Shown here: piece after piece, positions 22,427-34,628 of the stretch
Layout of the letters: every line of letters begins with the position of its first letter
Numbering within the stretch: position 1 is the stretch's first letter
DNA from: Chiloscyllium plagiosum
Lineage: Eukaryota
Direction: 5' to 3'
Assembly: GCF_004010195.1 (NCBI RefSeq)
Contig: NC_057718.1
Span: 13,104,201-13,155,945, forward strand
DNA length: 51,745 bases
Notes under the pieces: generated by a model
The model's database searches: none
What the model saw: the letters and a program-made list of their open reading frames with translations, nothing else
Told to the model about the DNA's origin: nothing
Program-made: the position numbers and the translations under genes

Positions 22427-23002
22427 GTGACCAGTGATGTTCCAGAGATGATGAACCAAGTAGCCAGTATTCTTAACTGTGAGTTTGGCTACACCAAATT
22501 TCATTACGTCCTTCAAGGTAGCAATTCATGCTACTGATTTAGGAATGAGGACAGATTTTTAAAACTTCACTCACAGATGTGGACATCACTGGTTGGGCCA
22601 GGATTTATTGTCCATCTCTAATTGCACAGAGGGCAGTTAAGTGTCAATGACATTGTTGTAGTTTGGAGCTACATTTAGGCCAGACTGGATAAAGATGGCC
22701 AATATCCTTCGAGAAAGGACATTAGCAAACCAAATAGTTATTATGATAATCGACACAACAAAAATTATGATAAGAGTTTCATACAATTATCCATCTCGTA
22801 TCTGTTTATACTGATATAATATCAAGCTCTTAAAATCCACCAACATTTATTATTCTTGATCGTTCCTGTTCCATTAGCCAGTAACAAATATATTCCAATT
22901 TCTCCTAGATTTTCTTAAGTCTCAACAACAGAAGCTGACTGAGCAAAAGATCTTGATGCAGAAGTGTCAACTCAACAACTTATTTGTAATGTTAACAATT
23001 AC

Positions 23003-23091
23003 CTTTCAGAATTTGGTAGTTTCACCAAATACCAGACAAAGTTGAATAAAGCAGCTCCTAACTTAAAGTTGCGAGGAGCATCTTCTGTTGT
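23003..23091 (-). CDS. CATSPERE: CatSper-epsilon-like coding exon; TTEDAPRNFKLGAALFNFVWYLVKLPNSE(S)
   Basis: Acceptor ctcttgctgttttctag|, donor AAG|gtaatt, 89 nt, phase 0 to phase 2. The FVWYL motif aligns with recalled human FLWYY, and the phases fit both neighbouring exons. Confidence 0.78.
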
Positions 23092-24434
23092 CTAGAAAAC
23101 AGCAAGAGCATTTTCAGGTTAAATTCTGTAGTATGAAACAGAACATGGACAGAAAATGATTAGTCTCTGAAATTAGAACTGAAGAAGAAGCCAGCAGCTG
23201 CATTATACCAATCCCACTCTTATAAGATTGTCTGCCAATATATTGAAGATTAAATCTGCTTCTCTGTAAAAATAGGTCAAACAAGCATCAACCTATAATG
23301 ACTTTGGACAGAGATCACAAACTATCAATTTCTGATATGACTGATTACAGAGAAGATGGGGCAACATTTGAACAAACTTCGCCCACTTGCAGCAAAGAGA
23401 CCAGCCAAGCCTGATTAATTTAGCATTGGCATTAACATTCAGTTCAGGTTTTCCCTACACTCTCAAATTGCGAGTGTTACAGTATGATCTGAAACAAACA
23501 AAATCAGAAATTACTTGAGAAACTCAGCAGATCTGGCAGCATCTGAGTACAGAAAACAGAGTTAATGTCTCAAGTCCTGTGATCTTTCTTCAGGATTATT
23601 ACGATATTATCTATTTGATTATAATGTTCCAGAGATTGTAAGGTACAGCCTATGTACCACTGGCACTGTTAATTCGTATGTCACGTTGTTCATTTGTGCA
23701 GGTAGATTTGACTTTATAACAGCATCATTTTATAAGGAAATACCACCTCTGTAGGTTCTAACAAATAGTTCATGGCCAACAATCAGCAGATCGTAACAAA
23801 CAGTACACGCTTTGGTTGTTTGCAATAGGCAGAATCCAGATTGCACCAACCAGCCTATGCTTGCAAAGCTCAGAGAAAATATCTATGTTAAATATGATTC
23901 CATAATGATACTTGCTGAGCTAATAATGACACTAACAACTCCTTTTCGATTATTTGTTGGGTTTGCTGTTTGGCTCACTTTCACTTGCTGTAAGTTACAT
24001 TTCTTCATATTCAGGGCAATACTCCCTCCAGAAAAATGGAGCATGTCTAAACATTTTACCATTTTCCAATTCAACAAAAGAGTGGGGGACAGTAGTTCTA
24101 TACTGCATTCTCCATAGCATTGCCTTGACTAGAGTTAACTTGTCAACCAATCAGCACATTGTTTCATGCAGTATAAATTGGAACTGACATTTTGAAATTG
24201 AAATTTGGCACTCTTGCATTTATACTGAGGAGTGCAGGATGAAAAGCTCTGAAAGCAAGCTTTTTTTTCCAGCAATCGTCAAGTTTATCAAATGCTTTTT
24301 GGAAGGTCATACACCATGCCTAGTGTTTCGCCCTTATCTGTTCCCCAGTGCAGCCATGTTTCATCAGTTTCCATAGAATGGCTAGCTTTCCTTGTGCACA
24401 AAATGCCATTAATATGGTTGAACCCATAACATTC

Positions 24435-24718
24435 ACAGTCACAGAGCAAGGAAACAGATCCTTCGGTCCAACCAGTCCATTCCGAACATAATCCCAAAGT
24501 AGTCTCACTTGCCTGCTCCTGGCCAACATCCTACCAAATCATTCCTATTCATGTACTTATTTAAATGTCTTTTGAACTGTGACTGCACCCTCCACTTCCT
24601 CAGGAGTTTGATTCCACATGCAAACCACCCACTCTTTAAAAGATTAAGTCCTTCTTTTTAAATCTCTCCCCTCTCACCTTAAAAATATACCCCCTGGTCT
24701 TGAAATTCCCCCATCCTG
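24435..24718 (-). mobile_element. CR1 3' fragment
   Basis: ggaaacagatccttcggtccaaccagtcc and ctctcaccttaaaa match other CR1 tails in the window. Confidence 0.65.
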
Positions 24719-25009
24719 AGAGCTGTGATTCCAACTTTGCATCGTGTACGTTAATTCAGTGCACCGGTACTTCCAAATTGAAGATTTGCTCTGTCTGTTT
24801 CAGATTTTGTTTTGTGAAATGTCTGTGGAAAAGTGTATGCTGGAGAGTTACAATAATTACTTTTTCTGCTTGTTGAACTTTTTTAAACTTTGTTTTTAGA
24901 AGTTGAGCTATTATATTGTCAGGTCACTCACATTTATCTTTCAGTCTCATAATGGCATCTCTTTACAACATTTTACAGAGTCAAATAAAAGCAAAGCCTT
25001 GGTGTAGTG

Positions 25010-27145
25010 GTTGTCACAATGTCAGCCAGGTGGACCTCACAGAATAACAGTTGCCTCATTGGAGCAGTTAATCTGTTGGAAAGACAGTGTTGGTTGCTTT
25101 AGGAATTCTGGCTCAGAATTGATGAGCTGGAGTTTGAGCTTTGAACGCTGCAAAGCATCAAGGAGAGTTACCTGGATGCTATGTTTCAGAGACACACCTT
25201 AGATTAAGTACTTAAATTTGGTCCGTACTGAGGATGGTGTGACTACAAGCAAGGCAGGTAGAGAGATCTTGAAAGTAGTGTTGAAGGAGGCTCAACCCTT
25301 GAACTTGTCTAACAGATTTGAGATTCTTGCTCCCTGTGGGGATGAGAGCAGGGAATGTATAGCAGATGAGCAAACTAATCATAGCACCATGGTTCAGGAA
25401 GCCTTTCAAAGAGGGGGAAGGAAAAGAGAAATTTAGTTGTAACTGGGCATAGTATAATCAGGGGACCAGACACTGTTCTCAGCAGCCAGGATTGACAGTG
25501 CTGATAGCTGTGTTGTCTGCCTGGTGCCCGTGTTTAGGATATTTCATCTGGGCTACAGAGGAACCTGGAGTGGGAAAGGAGAGATCCAGTCGGTGTGGTT
25601 CACGTTGGTACCAACAATATAGGTAGAAGGAGGGGTGTTGAGGAATATGAGCAGCAAGGGGCTAAAATTAAAAAGCAGAACCAAAAAGGTAATAATCTCC
25701 TTTTTACTACTTTAGCCACAAACTAATTGGCACAAGGTCAAGATTATAGGTAAACAAGTGGCTCAAAGATTGAATTAGGAGAAACAGGAGCTCTCTAAGG
25801 GGGGGGGGGTCTCCTGAAACACAGCATCTGGGTAACTGTCCCTCTCTGATGTATTGCAGTGTTTGAAGTTCAGACTCCAGCTCATGGGACATTGGCACCA
25901 GTACTGGAGAAGGAGGGAGCTGTTTCAATGGAGGGGACGATGTTGAGAGCATCACAGAGACATGGCTGCTGCAAAGGAATCAGGGCTGGGAACTAAATAT
26001 CCAAGGATACATATCTTATCAAACAGAGAGGCAGATGGAATAGGATTGCCTTGTTAACAAGAAATGAAATTAAATCAAGAGCAAGAAATGATATACGATC
26101 GGAATACATAGAATCTGTGTGAGTAGAGTTCAGGAAATGCAAAGAGAAAACTGACCTTAATGGGAGTTACATGTAGGTCTCCTAGTAGCAATCAGAATTT
26201 GGGACAGAAAATAAATCAGGACATAGAAAAGGCATGTAAGAAAGGCATTATTCCAATAATTATAGGGGATTTCAATATGCAGGCGAAATAGGAAAATCAG
26301 GATGGTAGCAGATCCCAAGTGAGGGGGAGTGGGGTCTCACGAGCAGTGTGCTGCTGCCTCGTCTCCTGAACAGGGAGCAGACTTAACAGAAAACTCCGAG
26401 CCCCAGAGAAAAGGCATCGAATCAATTAACCAAATAATCAACTATCTAAACAAAATAGTGCGCGCCCATCTCATTAAGATAATCGAGGTTTCCTTGTAAA
26501 TTATAGAATTCATCTTACAGTTTGAAAGGGAGGAGTTTAAATCAGGTGCAAAGGTAACTAAATATAGTAAAGGTAACTAAAAAGACATGAGGGAGGAGCT
26601 GGGCAAAGAAGATTGGAAGGGGAGCCTCGCAAAAAAGACAATAGAGCAGCAATGGCAGGAATTTTGCAGGAGTAATTTGGGAGGTACAGCAAATATAAAC
26701 TAGCTCTGCAGGGGGACGGGAACCTGAGGTGTAGTTCCAGTGCACAGGAGGATGAGAGTAGGGAGGGTATGGACAGGGTTTCATGGTCACAGGAACGTGC
26801 TGGCAGACAGCAAGCTGGTTTGAAGTGTGTCTACTTATCCGAAATAAGGTGGGTGAGGTTGCAGCTTAGATAGGTACCTGGGTGTTTGATGTTATGGCCA
26901 TTTGGAGACACAGATAGAGCAGGGTCAGGAATGGATATTGCAGGTTCCAGGATTTAGATCTTTTATTAAGAACAGGGAAGGCAGTAAAAGAAGGGGAGGT
27001 GAGGCCTTGTTAGTCTTGTTAGTCAAGGACAGTATAACGGTGGCTGAAAGAACTTTCAACAAGGACTCGTCTACTGAGGTGGTATGGGTTGAGGTTATAG
27101 AAACAGGAGAGCAGAGATCACACTGCTGGGAGATTTTTATAGGCC
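25010..27145 (+). mobile_element. Decayed CR1 fragments (ORF1 esterase and APE) from at least two copies
   Basis: PLNLSNRFEILAPC matches the ORF1 at 14632. APE motif QEWILQVPGFRSF...RRGG matches 35898-36275. Confidence 0.75.
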
Positions 27146-27313
27146 TCCCACAGTCCAAAGATGTGCAGGTTAGGTGAAGTGGCCATGGCAAATTGCCCGT
27201 AGTGCTAGGTGCAGAGGTAAATGTAGGGGAATGGGTCTGGTTGGGTGTGCTTCGGCGGGTCGGTGTGGATTTGTTGGGCCTGTTTCCACACTGTAAGTAA
27301 TCTAATCTAATCT
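27145..27313 (+). mobile_element. 5'-truncated HE1-type SINE
   Basis: ctcccacagtccaaagatgtgcaggttagg through to the tail taatctaatctaatcta. Confidence 0.75.
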
Positions 27314-27528
27314 ACATTTGAGTATGGGTTTGTGCTTTTGCTTTGTAGATCATAAATTTCCCATATAATTCTTACTACATTGTTACAAATAACTGCAGTA
27401 CAGAATTTCAAAGAATTAAAACCAACTCAGTATTGTTGCCCAAACATTCACCTGACATGGAAAGTTTCATTTTAAAAATTAACACATACTCATTCTCATT
27501 TACTCTCAGAAGAAAAGGAAATACGTGC

Positions 27529-27598
27529 CTGGTTGCGAACTTTTGGATAAATTGTGTGTACACCACGCCTAGGACAAGATAGTTCAACAGAGGAAGAC
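27529..27598 (-). CDS. CATSPERE: CatSper-epsilon-like coding exon; (K)SSSVELSCPRRGVHTIYPKVRNQ
   Basis: Acceptor ttttcattgtttttggcag|, 70 nt, phase 2 to phase 0, donor CAG|gcacgt (GC type). The peptide resembles human SPTTELRCSSPGVHAIKPIV as recalled. Confidence 0.8.
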
Positions 27599-28719
27599 CT
27601 GCCAAAAACAATGAAAATTGTTTTACATTTTAAAGCTTCTTTTACTTTGTTCATTGAATTTTAGAGTAAGCAATTAAATCTGTTTTCCATATAATGTCAG
27701 GAGACTGTCACATAATAGTTGAGTCAATTTCTGGGTTACAGATAACTGTAAAACTACAAATGTTTTCTTGAATATAACTGATAAAGTGAAATCATTGCTA
27801 CTCTAGTTTAAGTGGCAAATTATCACATTAGACAAAAATTAACACATTCTTAAAAGTAAACACCTATTATTATCTTACGAGTCACCTTTAAATCATCCAA
27901 ATGGGAGGAGTTATCAAGAATGCCATTAAATAATATATGCTTACCAATAACCTTCTCAGAAAAAGAGGTTAAGACAGAAATGAGAAGAAATGTCTTCTCT
28001 CAGAGGGTAGTGAATCTGTGAAATTATTTCATTGGCAATCACTTGCTAATGAGTATGATTGTCCAATTAAGGAATTCTGTGTCATTGGTCATAGGTTCTG
28101 TGGGACCCTGATGAGGCTGATGAGCCTGCTCCGAAGACCACATCTCCGACAACACACTTGGCTGGTGGCTCTGGGAAAGGTGGAACTGGTTCTTCATCTC
28201 TGCTGGCGTTTCTTTCTCAGGTTCCCTTTCCATACTCGCTCTTGCTGGCAAGTGTTCTTGGGAATTTTTTACTACAGACAGCTACAGACAGTGTTATTAA
28301 GTATACTTGAGATAGGGATGGACAGATTTTTAATCAGCAAGGGAATCAAGGAGAGAAAAGGCAGGAAAATGGAATTAAGGTTATCACATAAACATGAACT
28401 CACTGAATGGCAGAGCAAATTCAATGGGCTCAATGATCTACTACTGCTCTGCAAACAATCACTCAAGGTTCAATAAGAACTACTTAGATGGAATCCTCCT
28501 CATACCTTTGTGTCAGGCTTTCATCCTGGCTGAATGCAAGAGAAAGAGGTGACATTATGCAACACAGCAAGGCAACATTCAAAGATATATGCCAACAAGG
28601 GCTCCAGCAAAATGGAGTTCATTGAGATTCAATGGGGAACAGCTGTCAACATGGTCATAGTGTCTCTAGACATTGTCGCTAGTAGATATTTTCTAATCAT
28701 CCTGTTGGAGAGTCATAGT

Positions 28720-28940
28720 CATACAGTGTTCATAGACGTTATCACACATCTCTGCAGCAGATGGGACTTAAACTAAGGCCTCATCATCAGATGTGGGGAC
28801 AGTACCACTGAGTCACAAGCACCTCCTCACATTGCTGCTGGTAGTCAACCTGTTCAGACATGTTATGACACACCTTTGGGCAGGTTGGACTTAAATCCAC
28901 GCCTCCTGGTTCAGAGGTAAGGACACCACTGTTGCACCAA
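28720..28940 (-). mobile_element. Two tandem degenerate tRNA-derived SINE heads
   Basis: The minus strand reads tggtgcaacagtggtgtccttacc...gatttaagtcc and gtgactcagtggtactgtccccac...gtttaagtccc, i.e. box A/B-like pairs followed by a shared ggtgtgtcataacatgtct-like segment. Confidence 0.45.
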
Positions 28941-29660
28941 TTTTGTTTGTTTGTATGACCAGGTCTGATTGGCGGATTTGCTTCTTTAAAGGACAATAGT
29001 GACCCGAATGTGTTTTTATGACAATCTGGCAGTTTCATGGTCACCGATAATGACAGAGCTTTTTATTCCCTTTACATAATTAATTGAATTTAAAATCCCC
29101 AGCTAAGCATCAGGATTCAAATTCATTTCTGCAGAATACTAATACAGGCTTATTAGTCCAGTGACATAATTACATTGCCACCTTTCCTGTTGTCTCATGA
29201 GCATTTATGTAGTCGTTTCAAATTACTTTTAAGCAGCATATATGTAAACAATATTTTAAGTGCATGTGGTAAGAACATAGAACAATACAGCGCAGAACAG
29301 GCCCTTCGGCCCTCGATGTTGTGAACTAATCTAAACCCATCCCCCGGCTCTATCCCATTATTATCCATATGCTTATCCAAGAATTATTTAAGTGCCCCTA
29401 ATGTGGCTGAGTTAACTACATTGGCAGGCAGAGCACTCCACGCCCTTACCACTCTCTAAGTAAAGAACCTGCTTCTGACATCTGTCTTAAATCTATCATC
29501 CCTCAAATGGCAGCTATGCCCTGTTGTAGAAGCTGATATCCCCATCCTCGGAAAAAGACTCTCACTATTCAACCTATCTAATCCTCTGATCATCACAAGC
29601 AACATGGTTTTGTCAAGGGCAGGTCGTCACTCCAAATCTCATTGAGATATTTGAGAAGGT

Positions 29661-30157
29661 AGTTGTGGTTCTGTTCGCCGAGCTGCAAGTTTTTGTTGCA
29701 AACTTTTTGTCCCCTGGCTAGGTGACATCATCAGTGCTTGGGAGCCTCCTGCGAAGCGCTTCTTTGATGTTTCCTCCCGTGTTTATAGTGGTCTGTCCCT
29801 ACCGCTTCCGGTTGTCAGTTTCAGCTGTCCGCTGTAGTGGTTGGTATATTGGGTCCAGGTCGATGTGTTTGTTGATGAGGCATGGCATTCATCCACAAAC
29901 TCCATCAACAAACACATCGACCTGGACCCAATATACCAACCACTACAGCGGACAGCTGAAACTGACAACCGGAAGCGGCAGGGACAGACCACTATAAACA
30001 CCGGAGGAAACATCAAAGAAGCGCTTCGCAGGAGGCTCCCAAGCACTGATGATGTCGCCTAGCCAGGGGACGAAACGTTTGCAACAAAAACTTCCAGCTC
30101 GGCAAACAGAACCACAACAACGAGCACCCGAGCTACAAATCTTCGCACAAACTTTAA
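29661..30157. mobile_element. Penelope pseudo-LTR head-to-head inverted duplication forming a hairpin of about 460 bp
   Basis: 29662-29877 is the reverse complement of about 29903-30118 at high identity, with a loop of about 25 nt. Confidence 0.9.
30043..30082 (+). ncRNA. Minimal type I hammerhead ribozyme motif
   Basis: gca-CTGATGA-t-gtcgcct-agcc-aggggac-GAAA-CGTT-tgc: stem I gca/tgc, stem II with one mismatch, palindromic stem III. Confidence 0.7.
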
Positions 30158-30407
30158 ATTTTCCATCAACGACCACATGCTGCCTTCTTACAAAAAGCCA
30201 GTTTCTAATCCAAACTGCTAAAACACTCTCATCCACACCTCCATATTTTCTCCAACAGCCTACCATGTAGAACCTTATCAAAGGTTCTTCTGAAGTCCAT
30301 GTACACCACGTCAACTGCCTACCCTAACCCACATGCTTGGTTACCTTCTCAAATATCTCAGTGAGGTTTGGAGGGATGACCTGCCGTTGACAAAACCATG
30401 TTGCTTG

Positions 30408-33400
30408 TGTTATGCACTAAGCCAAACCACTCAAAACATTCTTAAGCAGGCAGCTAACTTTGCAATTTGTGTCGGTAAGTGTACAGTGAAAATTAAGATA
30501 GCCAGGTTGACTACTAGATTTTAAAACAGACAAAAGATTTAGAGTAGCGCCTCGACATACGAACGATCCCGTTCACAAACAAATCGGTTTACGAACAGGA
30601 TTGTACGTAAAATTTTGCTTCAATGTACGTACAAAATTCAAGGTATGAACGAAGGTACGAACGCAAAAAGCCCATGGTTTCATTGTCATTGTTCTGCTTT
30701 GCTACACGCACTTTGAATATCCAAACAATGGGAAAATTGATTCAGTTCACGAACTTTTCGGGTCCCGGAACGGATTAAGTTCATAAGTCGAGGTGCTACA
30801 AAGAACAGAATAAAGAACCTCTGCAGAACTCAACCTATCCAGCTAGATTTAATTATGCTGTTCCGAATATAATCAACAGTCCTAATAAGCAAACTCCCTT
30901 TAAAACCCTGTATAAATGGAACATATGCTTAGAGGTTGAAGTTGAAGGGCAGAAAAGAGAGAGAAAGTTTCCACACAGCTCCCTGTTGAACTTCCCAGTT
31001 TTAAATTGAACCAAAACCAGCTCAGCTAGCTAGAGAGCTGACCACTCCCCTCTCTTTATATAGGTCACTTCTAAAGCATGACCACTTTGGCCTGAAGTCC
31101 CATCTGTTTACATATAAACAAAAGGCCTGTCAAAATCCTTTTCATGTACCAAACCAGACCGATCAGAGTCCAGCCCAGTTTATTGCTCCTCTGAAAAGAA
31201 GTCCAAGCTAGAGCATTTTCTAAAAAAAGGGACTAGCTTTGTGACACCTCCCCCCTTAAAACCAAGAACGATCAACACCAAAAGATTGCTTCATTTTTAA
31301 CCCTTCAAAACCCTGGTTAATAGTTATACACTTATACACTATACTAATGATAAACATGCAAACATCCACAACCGTATGCAAATTCAGACCACGGTACACC
31401 CACCACCGAATGCTTCCGTATCTCATTCAAGTCTTGATAACGCATCAGCTATCACGTTTTCGTGACCTGCCACATGCACAATTGTCAAACTGAATGGCTG
31501 CAACAACAAACTCCATCTAAACAATCCAGCATTTTTGTCCTGAAATTTTTCCACAAATGTCAATAGCTTGTGATCAGTGCATATGATTGTCTCAGTTGCA
31601 TTGCTGGTAATATAAACACTGAAATGTTGTAATGCCAACACCAAGCTAAAGTCTCTTTCTCCACTGTTAAATACCTCTGTTGATGAATGTTCAACTGGAA
31701 AAATACCCAATGGGTCTTTCTATCCCTTTGTCATCCTCCTGCAGGAGCACCGCACCGACACCCACATCACTGGCATTGACAGCCACCTTGAAAGGCTTTG
31801 TGTAATCCAGTATGGCTAATACTGCGGCAGTGGTTAACACAGTTTTTAGGCTGTCAAATGCCTTTTGACAGTCCACTGTCCACTGAAACTTCTTGCCCTT
31901 TTTTTAACAATTTGGTGATTGGAGCAGCCACATTGCTGAAGTTTGATACAAACTTTTGGTAAACTCCACTCAACCCCAGGAATTCACCAATTACTTTCCT
32001 TTTCGCATCTCGTGGGGCCATTTGTCCACTTCAATAACATGGCCCAGGAAGATGACTTGGGCTTTGGCAAAATCACTTTTAGCTAGGTTTACCACCATGC
32101 ATGCCTTCTAAAGTTGATTGAACAGGTCCGATAAATGCTATAAATGTTCCTTCCATGAGTGACTAAAAATCACCAGGTCATCAATATACACCACACTGTT
32201 GGGTAATCCAGCAATGAACTTATTAGCCAATCTCTGAAATGTGCCTGGAGCATTTTTCATACAAAATGGCATGACTTTGAACTGATATAGTCCATTTGGC
32301 GTTATGAAAGCTGAAACTGGCTTTGCTCTTTCTGACAGAGGTACTTGCCAGTAGTCTCTGAGCAAGTCCAGCTTAGAAATATAAGTTACTTGTCCCACTT
32401 TTTCGACACAATCCTCCAACCGTGGAATTGGATATGCATCATTCTTTGTAACAGTGTTGACTTTGCGATCGTCCACACATAACCATTGGTACCATCTGGC
32501 TTCGGCACCATCACTATGGTGAAGTGCAGGCACTGTAACTCACTAGGTTTATGCCATTTTGGAGTATGCACTCTATCTCCTTCTGAACCTGTGCCAACTT
32601 TAGAGGGTTATGCCTATAAGGATGTTGCTTAATCGGTACAGCATCTCCTATATGTACATCATGCACAATTAGGTTAGTACTTTCCAGTTCATTTCTGCTT
32701 ATCTTGCCATGTATTAGTAATAACACTTTCAGGTCATTTCAATTTTCTTGTGGAAGATAACTCAACAATTTATCCCAATTTTTGACAACTTCCTCATTGT
32801 CCAATTTAATTTGAGGAATGTCCAATTTAGAATCCTCTGAACTTGGTTCTTCCTTCTGTGCTGTAATCATTAACAACTTCTCCTCTTACTTTCCTTCCCT
32901 ATCAAAATACTTTTTCAGCATATTCACATGACACACTCTGTGAGATTTCTTCCTGTTTAGAGCCCTTATCAAGTAACTCACCTCACTCAATTTTTTCTCA
33001 ATTTGATAAGGTTCACTAAATCTTGCTTTAAAAGGTTCATCTATTACTGGAAGTAACACCAATACCTTATCCTCAATTGCAAAACTGTTAATTTACGATT
33101 TCTTATCCACTTCTTGTTTCATTGTATGCTGTCTAGCCAACTCTCCAGCTCTATTTAATCGCTATCTAAAATTTGACACATAGTCCAAATGGATGGTCTC
33201 TGAATCCTGACTTATTAATTTCTCCTTTATCAATTTTAACTGTCCTCTTACTTCATGCCCAAATATTAATTCAAGTGGACTGAATTTGGTCAATTCATTC
33301 ATTGCATCTCTGATCGCAAAAAGCCCTTATCCCAATCATCTGGATAATCCTGACCATAAGCCCTCCACATAGTCTTCAGTGTTTGATGCCACCTCTCTAG

Positions 33401-34628
33401 CACTTCCTGCGATTCAGGATGGTACGCAGTAGATTTGAATTACTTTATTCCCAAGTTATTCATAACCTTCTTGAATAGTTTGGATGTGAAGCTTGATCCT
33501 TGGTCTGACTGGATCTCTATTGATAGTCTGTATCTAGTAAAAAAATTTAAGTTATTCTTCGACAACACGTTTAGCTGTGATGTTGCGTAACGGGATTGCC
33601 TCTGAAAATCTAGTGGACACATCCATTATTGTTAATAAATACTTATTCCCACTTTTTGTGATAGGTAGGGGGTCTATGCAATCAACCAAGACTCTTGTGA
33701 AAGGTTCCTCAAATGCTTGAGTAGGTATTAAAGGTGCAGGTTTTATTACTGACGGTGGTTTACCGATTAACTGACACGTATGACACATCTGGCAAAATTC
33801 AACTACATCTTTGTGTAATCTAGGCAAATCTTCTTATTTTAGCCTGTGGTTTCCTCACCCCTAAATGACCTTCAAGTAGTAGCTCATGAGCCACCTGCAG
33901 CATGTCCTTTCTATACCCTACTAGCAAAACAATTTGATGAATTTCTGTCCATTTTTCAACTGCTTGAATGTGTGATGGTCTCCATTTCCTCATTAAGACG
34001 TAGCTGTTTTAACTCCTCATCTTTCTGCTATAGTTCAATCAGCTTAGCAGAGCTAAATATACTGGCATGTTTACCTACTTGCTCCTTCTCTGTTCTACTT
34101 TTGTGGTCAAATATAGTTTCGGATAACACTATGCCAGCTTGCTTATCTGTGCCTTTTGATCTCTCCTGCTCTAACTTGTGCCTCTGTGGTCTTGTGATCA
34201 CACAATCAGGGAAAATTCCTGGATAAACATTCTCCATGTCTTCAGTTGCCTGTGTCTCCACTGGCTTTTGAACTAGAGTAAGCAGCATGCCTACTGGTGA
34301 ATCAGCTATATCATTTGCAAGAACAAACTGTATTCCTGGAGCTGAGAGTTTGTCCAGTACTCCTACCACAAATTTTCCACTCTTCACTGGACTCTCTAGC
34401 CTCACTTTACATAACTGAGCACATTTTGTCTCACCATGAATTCCTGTTACCAGTACCTTCTCTGGCAATAGTCCCTCAGGAGTGCATATCTCCTCCGCAT
34501 CATCTCTGTACCAAACCAGATTGATCAGAGTCCAGCCCGGTTTATTGCCCCTCTAAAAAAAATCAAGAACAGAGTCTTCTTGAACCAAGGATTAGCATTT
34601 TTTAAAAAAAGGGACTGGCTTTGTGACA
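30408..34628 (-). mobile_element. Gmr1-type Gypsy LTR retrotransposon, gag deleted, pol decayed
   Basis: TG...CA ends with a 4-bp TSD cttg (30404-30407 and 34629-34632). The 3' LTR is 30408-31246, preceded by the PPT tttaaggggggagg. The 5' LTR remnant is 34505-34628. Minus-strand order: protease, integrase (CHTCQ, IQSDQGSSF), RT (VVYIDDL), RNase H (TDHK...NVIADALSR). Confidence 0.9.
30542..30799. mobile_element. Tigger/pogo-like MITE inserted in the Gypsy LTR
   Basis: TIR gtagcgcctcgacatacgaac (from 30544) matches the reverse complement of the right end, gtagcacctcgacttatgaac (to 30799). TA is present at the left junction; the right terminus is eroded. Confidence 0.7.
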
